A stretch of 61,998 bases of DNA, the filler included, from Hausera hauseri (taxonomy: Eukaryota): NCBI GenBank assembly GCA_046269625.1. It is 11 parts of 11 records of this genome, joined end to end, with 100 filler letters (N's around TTAATTAATTAA, not from the genome) between each part and the next. Parts side by side here need not be neighbours in the genome. Positions count along the whole stretch, not along the records: positions 21,367 to 29,329 come from JBJURY010847635.1; positions 29,430 to 33,655 come from JBJURY010689994.1; positions 33,756 to 39,114 come from JBJURY010271841.1; 8 more parts are not named here. The stretch is one strand, 5' to 3'. Of the stretch, positions 23,623-36,700 are shown piece after piece. The notes beneath the pieces are model-generated. The model did not search any database. It was not told the origin of the DNA and saw only the letters and a program-made list of their open reading frames with translations. The position numbers and the translations under genes were made by a program. Numbering within the stretch: the first letter of the stretch is position 1; each line of letters begins with the position of its first letter.

Positions 23623-25117
23623 AATTGTTTTGATTATATTTTCCGGTTTCGCGGCTCTGTTAACTTTTGTTCGCCTTGTCCGGCTTGACCTATTGGTCTC
23701 GGTTCAAAGTCCATTGCTCAACCTTCTTCTTTCCCTGGAAGGGGCGTCTCCGACCTCGAGACATGAAATGCTCAGAATTGCGAAATAGGTGGTGAAAACT
23801 AGGTCCGAGGTCGATCTGAACACTTTTGGGAAAGTGGGCTGAAACCCACACTTCTACCTACTCAGGCATCAGAATTTCGTATCTACAATCGGAAAATGTT
23901 GACAATAAAATTTTGAAGAGTGAAAAGACAATAAAAATATCCCATATTCATTATATTGAAGTTCTGTATGTATAGAATAATTGGAATGCATATGCTTAGT
24001 AAGTATTGGAATAATTTTATGCATTTAAATAATGAGTGTCGTTTCCAGGTATATTTTACTTGACATTTTGTGACGAATATATTTCCCATTGTGGATATTT
24101 TAGTGATGTATTTGTCTTGTGGGACATGTATGGTAATTTGATCCAGTTTCTAAACCAAATAATATAAAATGACGTATGTGCATGAATATTATATTTAAAC
24201 TACATGTGATCAGCAAAAATAGGATATCAGTTAGTGTAAATAGCGGACACTAATATCCGGTTTTTGATTATCATCCTGTATATTCACCCATAATTAATCC
24301 AATTATGTATTACTTTTTGCTTGTCTAACACAGAATCCGTATATTTTTGACAACTTCCTGACTTCATTATCATTTTTAAAATTTATATTATCTACGTGGA
24401 CGTTGATCGCTACAATGATTCCTACCTAGTAAATGTAATCAATCACTTCATCCAACAGAAGCTCATTAATTTAATTAGTAGTACTTTATTTACGTAAACC
24501 AGTACATGAATAAGAAAAAATTTAATTGATAATGTATCTTACTCAATTCAGCTTCATAACACATTGATTAGAAACAAGGGGTTAGTAGTGCTTCTTATTC
24601 ATCGAATTATTTGAAGTTTCAGAAATTATTTCCTCTAACCCTTTTAAGTAGCTGATTGAGATATGTACTAACATTATTTGCAAGGTATCGAATTTCTTTT
24701 AGATCCGAATTGAGTGTTTCTCTTCAAAACAATTAACATCAATTAATATAATTTATTTATAAATCTTAAATTGCTATTATTAATAAATTACGTAATTGAT
24801 TATAGCAAAATGACTCATTATATTGAAACAAGTGTGCAATTCACGAATTAGATTCATCGATGAAATGTCAAATTTTTTATATATAGAAAATTTTGAAAAT
24901 TTGTCACAATATCTAGTATGCGAAATATGACACGATTGTATTAGAAATCCAACACACATAAATAAGTTACGAATCATTATTTCTTCAAATAATTCTGTGC
25001 AATTTTCATTTCACGAATTTGTTGACCATGCAAAACATGAAATCGTTTCTATTTTTATAAAAATGAGTTTTGTTTTACTATTTCAAAATCATAATTGATC
25101 GTTTCATTTTACAAATC

Positions 25118-27170
25118 ATGACTGATGATGTTGATCTTCTGCAGAGGGCTGCTGATCGAATTCGTATTTTGAGTATAAAATCAACAAATGTTTGCAATTC
25201 CGGGTAGAAATCTTTGTCAAATGAAATAATTTGTGATGTTTGTTCGTTTGTTTGTTCAGTCATCCTACTTCTTGTGCATCAATGGCGGAAGCCATATCGG
25301 TTTTGTTTTTCAATGTGATGCGTTATCACGTTGATGATCCACATAATCCGAATAACGATCGATTTGTGTTGTCAAAGGTATTTTTGTGTCTGTCTGTTTT
25401 GGTTTGTGGTGATTAATTGAAATTTCATGAAGGGTCATGCAGCGCCTGGTCTTTATGCAGCTTGGGTCGTTGCTGGGCTGGTGAAGGAGGAAGATTTGAT
25501 GAAATTGAGGAAAATTGACAGTGATTTGGAGGGTCATCCGACTCCTGTTGGTTTTCCTTATTTGTGATTTTTTGGATAAAATTCCGAATCATTAATTAAC
25601 TAATTATCCATAGAGACTGCCATTTATCGATGTTGCTACTGGATCATTGGGTCAAGGACTGAGTTGTGCAGCTGGAATGGCATACACGGGCAAATATTTC
25701 GAGGAAGCCGATTATCGCGTATATTGTCTCATCGGTGACGGCGAATCGGCCGAAGGATCAATTTGGGAGGCGATGTCATTCAGCGGTTATTACAAATTGG
25801 ACAATTTAGTGGCCATCTTTGACATCAATCGATTGGGACAGAGTCAACCGACGATGTTTCAACACGATTTGGACATTTACCGGAACAGAGCAGAGTCTTT
25901 CGGATGGCATGCCATTATTGTTGACGGACATGACGTACGGCAACTCATTGCAGCATTTGAAGAGGCAGCCAATCACAAAGAAAAACCGACAGCACTTATT
26001 TTGCGCACGATGAAAGGCGCAGGAATGAAGGGAATTGAAAATGAGGACAATTGGCACGGCAAGGCATTGGGGAATTATGCAAATGATGTCATTCGTGATC
26101 TGGAGGCGAGAATCAACGCAAATAAAGTCAGCGGTGCAGGTGACAGTGCGTTGGTGTCACGACGGCCCTCAGACGTGCTGAAGGCTGTGCCGGACATGCC
26201 AATCTGTCTACCAGACAAACCACAGTATAGATTGGGCGAGCAGGTGGCTACGAGATTGGCATACGGAATTGCATTGACGAAATTGGGTGCCAGCAGCAAC
26301 CGAGTCGTGGCAATGGACGGTGACACGAAAAATTCGACGTTTAGCATCAAATTCATGGAGAAATATCCGACAAGATTTATCGAATGTTTCATTGCCCAAC
26401 AAAATATGGTTGGTGTCGGCATCGGCTGTGCAACTCGTCGACGGACTGTGCCGTTCGTCAGTACGTATGGTGCCATCTTCTCTCGTGCATTCGATCAGTT
26501 GCGGATGGGTGTCATTTCACAGACGGACTGCAATTTCGTTGGGTCCCATGCAGGAATTAGCATTGGCGAGGATGGACCGAGTCAAATGGCGTTGGAGGAT
26601 CTCGCTTTGTTCCGATCGCTGCCAGGCGCAACTGTGTTCTACCCGACTGATGCCGTCTCAACGGAACGCGCTGTCGAATTGGCGGCGAATACGAGTGGCG
26701 TTTGTTACATTCGAACAGGTCGACCGAATGCTGCAGTGATTTACAGCGGTGACGAACAATTCGCCATTGGCCATGGGAAAATCTTACGACAGAGCGACAC
26801 TGACAAGGCGACGATCGTTGCTGCTGGCGTGACGTTGTATGAGGCGCTGAAGGCTGCCGATAAATTGCACAATGAGGGAGTGTCTGTGCGAATTGTGGAC
26901 GTATTTACCGTGAAACCGATTGACGGACAACTGCTGCGTGAATGCGCATTGGCAACGGGTGGCAACGTGGTCACTGTTGAGGATCATTACGCTGATGGGG
27001 GCATTGGCGATGCGGTAGCCAGTGCGTTGTCCATGGAGAGAAATGTCCGCGTCATGAAATTGGCTGTCAATAGCGTCCCGCGTAGTGGCAAACCAGAGGA
27101 ATTGTTGGCCATGTTCGGCATTGATGCGGATGCGATTGTGGCTGCCGTGCTTAAATTGGTGCGTTCATAA
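25118..27170 (+). CDS. TKT: Transketolase, metazoan type; exons 25118-25203, 25260-25377, 25433-25546 and 25614-27170; 624 aa
   Basis: Three GT-AG introns (56, 55 and 67 nt) restore SGHPTSC, LSKGHAAP and LEGHPTPRLPF. Also [41 protein letters not shown] and TVEDHY. No stops in the spliced frame. Confidence 0.97.
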
Positions 27171-28600
27171 CTATGACTTTTGATTAATAAATCATTGACT
27201 TTTTTCTATCGGGATTTACTGTTAGTTACTGTGCAGTGCAGGAAAATATTTCGGGCGCGTAGGGGGGGTTGCTAATTATTTTGCAAAAGGTCATATTTGG
27301 AAATGACGTCTAGCAAAATTTTCGTTTGAAAATTATCAATTTTTACTTAAAGGGATTCTACCTGACTTACTGATCATTGTTTTACGTGATTCAGTTCGTT
27401 GACCAGAAAAATATTTTTGGGGCGGGGGCAATTTATTTTTCAAAACTGATTTTTGGAGTGTGCGGAAGTTTCAAATGTTGAAAAAGTAGCATGTGAGAAA
27501 AATTGTAATTCATTCGTGAGATTTAGCATCTGATTTTCGTAAGTGAAATCGAAAATTTTCCCAATCAATATTATTGCATAATAAATATTTTCACTTATTT
27601 TTACTCATTTTCCGAATTAAACATTCGCACAAATTCTCTACGTGATTGACGTCAACTGTCGTATGAATCAATCAAAATTCAATCATTCTGTTATTGTAAA
27701 ACACATCTTCATTCAATCATCAAATTCATTTATAAATAATTATTTCGAATATTCTACTGTTTTCAACGGTCGTTTCGAATATTCCATCAATTAAATTTGT
27801 TGAAAAATCAAATCAAATTTAATCCAGTGCAGTCAAATTGATAAGTTCACAGTACGTATACAAACCATATTCAAACACCAGACAAAAACTATTTCGTACC
27901 AATAACAAACTCGATTAGTCAATTGGATGACGTCATCAACTAGTCCTTGTGTTGTAGATTATCCAAGTAACTTCTATATGAAGTACTGTTGCTGCAAATG
28001 AAAATTCATTGGATGTTTGTTTGTTTTAGTACAATAAGTTTAGAAAATTATTATTGATTATATCTCATTATTGATCGACCATAGACGTGGAAAATAACCA
28101 TACCTGTAGTAGAATATGAATTTATCATTGTGATTTTTTATGTGTTTAGTAAAGCTCAGAAAGTTTGCATTTTTACGTACCATCTGTAATTATTTTTTGT
28201 GTGGTATTGTAAGATGTTTATAAAGTGTAAACACAACCTGTACAACACACAACTTACGTTACATTGCATGGACCTACGAGAGACAGTTCTTGTAGCATAT
28301 TTGGTTGAATAAAGTTTATAAGTTCTGCGTCTTCTGTACTATGCGCGGAAGAAATCACTATCGAAATGGGAGTTGGAAATCTAACCGTTTAGTATTGTTG
28401 TTGTTATGTACGTTTGGCAATAGAATCATCAATCAGAATCAAGTCGGCTATCATTTCTCTTTTCTTTATTTGACTTTTTTTAAATATTGATTTTTGGCCT
28501 CTAACATCGTTTGTTTGTTAAATATCCATAAAAAATATTCATAAAATATCCATAAAACTCTGTTAATTTCTCATTGTGACTACGTACTCACACACCCCTA

Positions 28601-28856
28601 CAGTACTGGAAAAAGGTTTATGGATTTTTCAATTTTTTCACCTTTTTTTCTTCATACATATGTTATTTTTGCCAATCGAAATATGTTCATAACTGTCACA
28701 ACGTTTGTAGTAAGTTGTAATGCACGTCTTTCATAGAATAGGTTTGATAAAACTGTTATACAGAACAAAATTAAACATATTTCGACTTAGAAAAATAACA
28801 TGTGTATCAAGAAAAATGAAAAAATTGAAAAATCCATAAACTTTTATCCAGTCCTG
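28601..28856. mobile_element. Tc1/mariner-type MITE, 256 bp with TIRs of about 90 bp
   Basis: TA|CAGTACTGGAAAAAGGTTTATGGATTTTTCAATTTTTTCA ... TGAAAAAATTGAAAAATCCATAAACTTTTATCCAGTCCTG|TA. Confidence 0.92.
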
Positions 28857-29429
28857 TACGGTCGGTTTGCTATGCAAGATTGGCAGATCTAAATCCGGAG
28901 TATCACTGGATATTTCATCACACATTTACAAATTTTCCGTTTATTAAAAATGAATAATAATTTCAATTACTATTTATTTTTCAGTCATTACTAGACTACT
29001 TTCTGGTAATTAATTTTTACTTCTGAGAGAAAATAAAATTACCGTTTGGAAATTAATTATTCAATTTTTATTTTGATTGATTATTTTACTGCCTTGGATA
29101 ACAACAATGTACATTTTACAGGAATGATGGAGACACCAATCAAGGAGTTTAACATAATCGAAAACCAGAAGACATTTAGATATACACAAGAATTTATTAC
29201 TTATGGAGAAATATTGTTATAGACAGTTGTTTATATTGTAAGATTTCAAATCACAATTGTAGTTATTAATATCATTGTTTCAGATCACGCAAATAAATGT
29301 TAATAGGTATTCGCTTTCGATTCAATTCTNNNNNNNNNNNNNNNNNNNNNNNNNNNNNNNNNNNNNNNNNNNNTTAATTAATTAANNNNNNNNNNNNNNN
29401 NNNNNNNNNNNNNNNNNNNNNNNNNNNNN

Positions 29430-32400
29430 TTTTTTTAGTTTTTGTATTGCTGCAAGGGCTATTTGTAGTGTCTTCTGACTTTCTATTATCAATGGTATAT
29501 AATATTCCACTCACGTAGTTTTTAAGTATTCGTCTAGATATCTTTGTACCATAATTTCTGAGTTATAACAGGGTATGGGTCTAAACATTTGTCAGTTCTG
29601 TTGGTTTGTGTCATATCGTAAACAACTATTAGATTTACTGGATTTAATTTCAATGTATTTAATATTTCTGGCAATTGGCGTACGATAATTACTTTTCCTC
29701 GTAAATATTTATTCATTAATTTACTTATCGACTCTTGTTGTTGAGAGTTGGACCGTCTACTGTATTCGGTATATTTATGGTATCTGCTATATTCGGATAC
29801 ACATGGATAATGAGAATGGTCTTTTCTTTTAAGTTTTTGGCAGTGACTTGAGTAAGTCTTTTTTGATCTCCTTTGGTTATGCATCTGTGAGTATTGTTTC
29901 TCTATCCTGTGTTACAGGTTCATCCACAAATAATATAGGTGTTTCTTTAAGCAATTGTATTAAGTATAATAAGTTATTTAGTGGTTGGATTTGACAATCG
30001 CTTTCGTAGGGATAATTGGGGAGTATTATAGTTCTTTTGGAAATGATTACTGCTTTATTACTAACTTGTAGTTCGGCTTCTCCTTGATTGTTAAGTATGG
30101 CATATGGTGGGTCGTTCCTTTTAATTTGGATATCTGTATTTTTTACGTATGCTTTATCGATACCTTCCATACAGATCAATCCTTGTTTGACAATATCTTC
30201 AAACTCTATTCGGCTGGACTTTCTGCTAGTAAATATTTTATCCCAGTTTGGAACTGTATCTATGTCCATATGCTGTAATTTTACTTCCGAAATCAATATG
30301 GTTTTACACGTTATTTCTCGTTGGAGGTGTCTCTCGTCCTTATACAAGAATCTGCTTGGAAAAATATAATAGGAGGATCCCTGACAGTTAAGTTTAATTT
30401 CGTATTCCTGTCGTAGGTTTGTTAGTTGCTGGGATAATATACCTTCCCTTTCCCATTGATCATTTGGTAAGTTAAAATTCTGATCTACACTAAACATGCC
30501 GAAGACATCTGTTTCCATTAGCTGTATTCCAACGACAATTTGTCCACAGAGTAGCTGTCTGAGATTCTCAGCGTGTTTCTCCATTTCTAGGTGTACATCT
30601 TTTAACTTAGCTGTCAAATCACCTTCGATATTCTCCATTCTTATTCGATTGATTTCTGGTTTCTGTTCGTCTTCGATAATTTTTTCTACTGCTACATAGG
30701 TTACAAGAAAGTTTTTGATTTCTTTTCTTTCTGGCCATGACATACGGAAACATATTATTTTGGATATCTGGTACTTTTCTTTCTGCCAGATTCAGGTAGT
30801 TTTTCATTATGAAAAGTTTTTCTAAAATACTTATGTTGGGTGTTGGTTTGGATGTGACTGGTTGGTGTCCTATTATTGGTTTGGCCATTAATAGTTCCGT
30901 AAAGACTGATTTAGTTTGTTTATTGAAAGTTATTGAGCGGCGGGTGAAACACTCCTTTCGTCGATATTACTTTTTTTATTGTTTAAGGAGTTTCCTCTTT
31001 TGCGGAACTGCTATATAGTGGTATTGCTGAGTCCAATTTTCTTTCATTTGAGTACTTATGATATTCTGGTGCCGTATTTCTATCGTACCTAGATGAGGAC
31101 GTATTTCTGTTTGACGGTGACTCTTTCATCTGGACCTATAATCTGGTGATACAGCATATCTGTCATTATTATTGCTTGATCTGGGAGAAGGGTTTCGATT
31201 TCGGTCTCTGAGGATATGGACTGGGATTCCTAATATATCTATCCGATTCTCGTTGAGGTGGGGTATAGTTATATCTTCTGTCATAATTTCCAGGTCTCGG
31301 ATAGTTATACCTATTTCTATTATTATTTCCTGAATTATATCTGTCTCTATTATCACGTCGTCGGTTATCTCTCTGCTATCATTCTTGTTGACCTTACCGT
31401 ATCGTTCTCGGCTATCATCTCTTCTAGACGTCTCTCGACTTCTGCTTTGTCTGTCGTTGGGATAGTTCTTCCGACCGATTAATTGGATATCGTGTTCGGC
31501 CATCATCTCGTCTATAATATGACTTCACTTGATCATATCTATTATCATAGAGATTTGAGTTTCTATCATTACTGTACCTTTCTCTACTAGGAAATCGATT
31601 TTAGTTGTCAGTTCTGCCTCTTGAGTGGCCTCATGATTTATCATATCTTGCATCAATCCGCTGTCGATCATCATAGTGTCTTCTATTTCTTTAATGATGT
31701 ATCTCTGATTATTGTTGTAGTCTTTGGATGATTGGTTATAATTCCTTCTTTCTGGAATATTGCATCTGTGGTATATTACTGCCTTGTCGATTCGCACTTT
31801 AGCTTCTCGAAGGATCTCGCCAAAGTGAACTATTGCGGTTTGATACATCTGGTCTTACTAGTATTGGTGTCGTAGCTACTGCTGCGATTTATGCCTGATT
31901 AGTCCAGACAGGTGTTTCATCTATCCGAGTTGCCATTCGTCGAGTACATTCTGTCAGCTCGTTAAAATTGTTTTCTGAAATTAGACTCCTTCTCGTAAAG
32001 GCAGTAAAAGTCCAAGTACAAATTGTTTCTTTATCATAGTCCCAAAGGCTTGTGCGTTCAAACTCAAATATCTATTCATTGCGGTTTTAAATATATGTTA
32101 AGACCTCTTCATTTTGTTTCTGCTTACAATTTCGAAATTTTAAACATCAGTTTTCTTGTATATTAACCTGTTGATTTTGTCAAATTCTTTCTCGATATTG
32201 TGCCCAGTTTTCGTCGACACGTCTGGGTAGGCGTGTTATTGCCATCTTCAGATCATTATTCACATGCACTGGTAAAAGGGGTATTTTCTTTGCTCCATCC
32301 CAATGCATGGCGGTCCCAAAAATCCTCTAAGTCTGATAGTCGTCCTTCGTATGGCTGAAGGCGAGGGAGCATTTGGTACTTCTCGTCTCTCCTTCTTTCA

Positions 32401-33655
32401 TTAAAGTTTAGTGGGTCGTAACCGGCATTATTACTTATATCCCTCTGTAAACCACAGTTGCGCTCACCATGCTGAGCCAACGGCTCTTGATTATTCCGTA
32501 GCGGCACCGTGTTGTTGCTATCGGTGTCAGAGGTTTCACAAGGTGTGGAACTTAGTTCCGCTGAACATTTTGGTTATTGCACATTTTCTAGTCGTCCACT
32601 CAGTCGAGCTATCAATTTTTCTGTCCTTACTTGTTCGAGACGTTCGTTCAGTTGGTTAATGTCTCTGGCTACAACATCAATTTAGTCGCTGGTAAGGTTA
32701 TGTTCTGCTTGTATCTGTTCTTGTTCGCATACTATAATTGCTACTTGATTTTGCATTCCATTTAACCTTTGATTCGCTTGTCTTTCATTATTTTCGATCT
32801 GTTCCCGATTTCTATGTATTGCTGCTAGGTTGTTAATAGTTTGCTGTTGTCAATTATGTATTTGTCTAGCGTGGACATCTATATTTTGTATTATTTGATC
32901 AATTCTTTCTTCGAGTTTATTTAGACTTGTACCATTACCATTTACTTTTTTTATTCGTGTAGTTTTTTCTTCGACTCTGTCTAGTCTGACAATATTATTT
33001 ATGATACTTAATTCTACTGTGTCGTCTACTCTTTGTCGTGGTATATCTTGTATTTCTCTAATTAGCTGTTGAAAGCTACCTTACGTCTGATTCTGTCTTA
33101 TTCTTAGATCATCTACATTTACCTGATGTACTTTGTAACGTGTTCGACATTCTATTTCTTTGTTAATAATTGTTTGTGCTAACTGGCGTAAGTTAGGTGC
33201 ATTGCGGTATTGACCTCTAGGCGGTATTTATCGTCCATTGACCCCTCGTACCCAATGATGTTGAACCTGATCTGGCGATAATTGTATAAGGTCTATATCG
33301 AGTAGAGATTCGGGGCTGATGCTGTTCTTAGAGCATTTGAACTATGAGTAGAACTAGTGTTTTCTTCGTTTGAATCTACTTCATTAATTGCAGTCAATTG
33401 ATTTTGCATTAGTCGTTCTCGGGGTCGAGAATTGCATTGATGTCCCTGCGCCATTGTTATTAAACGAGACTAAGTTGCTATCCATTTTATTACGTATATA
33501 TGGTACTAGTTTCTTCTATGGGTTATTCACGCACAGTACATTTCAATAACATCGAATGTTTAGTTACACAAGCTTTACAATGGATAATGTGTCTGCATGG
33601 TAGGTGAATCGTATTTGACTGGCTTTTCCTACAGATCAAACAGGTCCAAATTGCA
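29430..33655 (-). mobile_element. Decayed LTR retrotransposon 5' half: LTR end, PBS, gag-like region with coiled coil and RS-rich tract, and an unknown downstream ORF
   Basis: Minus strand reads AATAAA...AATAACA-A-TGGCGCAGG (PBS-like, starting at 33453). Then a coiled-coil-like coding stretch at 32700-33200, capsid-like LPRLQPYEGRLSDLEDFW and RSRSRETSRRDDSRER repeats. No RT is present in the contig. Confidence 0.6.
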
Positions 33656-33755
33656 NNNNNNNNNNNNNNNNNNNNNNNNNNNNNNNNNNNNNNNNNNNNT
33701 TAATTAATTAANNNNNNNNNNNNNNNNNNNNNNNNNNNNNNNNNNNNNNNNNNNN

Positions 33756-36700
33756 CGATTTCGATATCCTAAGACTACTTCTCTTTACCTTGTCCAGTAA
33801 TCACTAGCCACTTTTTGTATATATCGCCAACGCGCAGCCAAACTTTGACTAGTACCATTAACTTCACTATTAATTTCTTCATTATAACCTGGTATGATGA
33901 AATGATTTGGTGATCATATAATATCATCTTTTGTATTCATTACAGTACTCGCAATAGGCCTAGAGTTAACAATTCCTTCCACAATAGTTATCATCGCCCA
34001 TAATTCTTCCTCAGTTGTGTTGGCGTTCGTTAGGATTTTATATATGGCTTTCTTTGTGGCCTTTATCATGATTTCGAAGATTCCACCAAAGTGCGGAATT
34101 CCCGGCGAAATAAAAATCCACCGAATTTCTTTCTTCTACAACAGTTGTTTTGCAGTATGTGTCGATTTTTGCTTCACAAATTTCCTTATTCGCCCCTACG
34201 AAGTTTGTTCTATTATCACTTACAACAGCATTTGACTTTCCAGTGCGATTTATGAACCTTAATAGGGCCCGTATAAATGAATCTTTAGATAGGTCTACTA
34301 CTAATTCTAAATGAACTGCTTTGCACTTTAGGCACGTAAATAAACATGTATATCGTTTTTCTCTCGACATGCCTCTGCCTTTCTCAATTGGAATTGGGTC
34401 TGCGAAATATATTCCCACGACACTAAATGCTTTGAGTGGTTTCTGAAAACGGAATTCCGTTAATGGTGCCATTGGTTTTTAAACTCTTTTGGCATTATTT
34501 TCACGACACACTTTACAGTCGTGCTGAGTCTTTTTTATCAGCCTCCTAAGTTTGGGGAACCAATATGATTTGCTTATCATAGCATATATGTGGTTGATTC
34601 CAGCGCAATGACTTTGTTGTATATGGTATGTTCTATTATCCACTTAGTAATTTTCATATTGTCTAATAATATTATTAAATACTTGACGGATCAATCGATA
34701 TATTGTATTTGCGATAAACGGATATTGCTCGTAATTATTCTATTACTATCTAACATAGGAGCAGCTTGGTGAATTTTGCTACTTCTTTTTATCTCTTACG
34801 GGTTTTTGAGTTGGTTGATTTCCACTTTGAAATGTTCTTCTTGTTCGTTCCTTATAACACTAATAACAACATCGTCTTTAGATAAATCTTTATTACATTT
34901 CTTTAACATTTGTTTATGGACATACCTATTCCATTCACAATTTCTATTTTCAATATCTATTAGAGTTGTATTTATATTCTCATTTGTTTGGATGGAAAAT
35001 GTTTTTATAATTTTCTTTTCCTTCATTTCTGTTTCTTCTAAAACTTTTGGCTGTTCTGGTCAAAGTTTTTCTTCTAACTTTAGAAAAATAGATCCTTCCC
35101 ACCATATATCCAATTTTATAACTTTTTCCACAGTGGTTCCGCGAGAGAGATAATCTGCTGGATTCTGTTTAGTGTTAATATAATTCCATTTAACCCTTCA
35201 CTTTTCTCTAGGATGAAACCTATTCTATTCGCAAGGAACGGTTTGCAGTATTTTGAATATTATTTGATCCAAAAGAGTACGTTCATACTATCACTCCAGT
35301 ATGTTATTTTTTCATTTGTTATTTGCAGAACCTTCGACACTTTCATACACAATTTCACTCCCATGCACGCAGTCATTAACTCCAACCTGGGGATTGATAT
35401 AGGTTTTATAGAGGCGACCTTGGATTTTGCTGCTGTTATATTTGTTTACGTTTCGCTATTATTTTTACATTTCATATAAGCCACGACTCCGTATGCCGTA
35501 CTTGATGCGTCACAAAATATGTGAATTTCTTTATCATTTTTCCGTCCATCCCTAACCATCTTTTAATTTTTATTTTGTTCATTTCAGCTAATTGATCCAA
35601 CCATGTCATTGTATGACTTTTCAACTCATCGGAAATCATCTGATCCCAGTCCGATCTGTTTAACCACATCTCTTGTAGTAAACATTTACATACTATAGCG
35701 ACAGTGCTCACTAGACCCAAGGGATCAAATATTTTTGCTAAGGCGCTTAGAACATTCCTTTTGGTCAATTCGCTTTTGTGATTTCCTCCACCATCGAAGG
35801 TTAAACGATCTTCTTTCACATTCCACTTAAGTCCTAAGGCCTTCGATGTACAGTTAACCTCACTTTTAAAGGCGTATTCTTTTGCATTTTCTCTTTCTGG
35901 TATCTCATGATGTAACTGCTCTGACTTCGATAACCATTTATGGGTTTTCATTTTTGCTCCACCTCAAATTTCTTTCAGCTGGTAATAACTTAATAGTTTC
36001 ACTTTCTGTTTCAACGGAGTCGATACAATCATCCATGTATGTTGACTATCTAATTGTTTCAACTGCTCGTGGATATTGATTCTCAAATGTATCTGCGTTA
36101 ACTTGACTCACAAGTTGTGCTAAGAATGGTGAAGCATTTAATCCGAATACGAGCCTTGTGAATTGATATGTTTCAACCTTACTATTCCTTCTCCATAAGA
36201 ATTGTACGAATTTTCTGTCATCTGGTGATATACTAATTTACAGGAACATTTCGGCTATATCGCAGATTAATACGATTTCATATCTTCTCATACGGATTAA
36301 AATGTCTATTAGATATTGCTGTAACTTTGGGCCTGGGTGCAAGTCATTTAAACTTTTCCCTTTTACCTTCGCAGCTGCGTCGAAGACTACCCTGACTTTA
36401 GTGGTAGACCTATCTGGTTTCAAAACGGCGAAATGTGGCAACATCCAGTAATTTGTTTCGTTTCCCGTCTTTTCTACCAACTCCACAAATCCTTTCTTAA
36501 TATGGTCTTCAATCACTTGCTCATAAGCTATATTCATTGAACTGTCTGACTTTAATTTCTTTTCTAGATACTCAAGTCTTTTTTCTGCCATGTGTCTGGA
36601 CTCCGGTATATCTTCCATTTTATCTTTCCGGGGTAGGCAAGTTTCGTATCTCCCGTCTTCGGTTTTCTTTATCTTATTCTTTGTAAATTGAAGTATTTCT

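Noticed and set aside
23623-23860. GC-richer segment ending GTGGGCTGAAACCCACACTTCTACCTA; also TAGGAAAATGGG at about 61700
   Set aside because: They may be ends of other DNA transposons, but no partner end, TSD or second copy is in the window.
25647-27170. 507-aa intronless ORF read as a bacterial or horizontally transferred transketolase
   Set aside because: It is exon 4 of a spliced metazoan-type TKT; three GT-AG introns restore the N-terminus.
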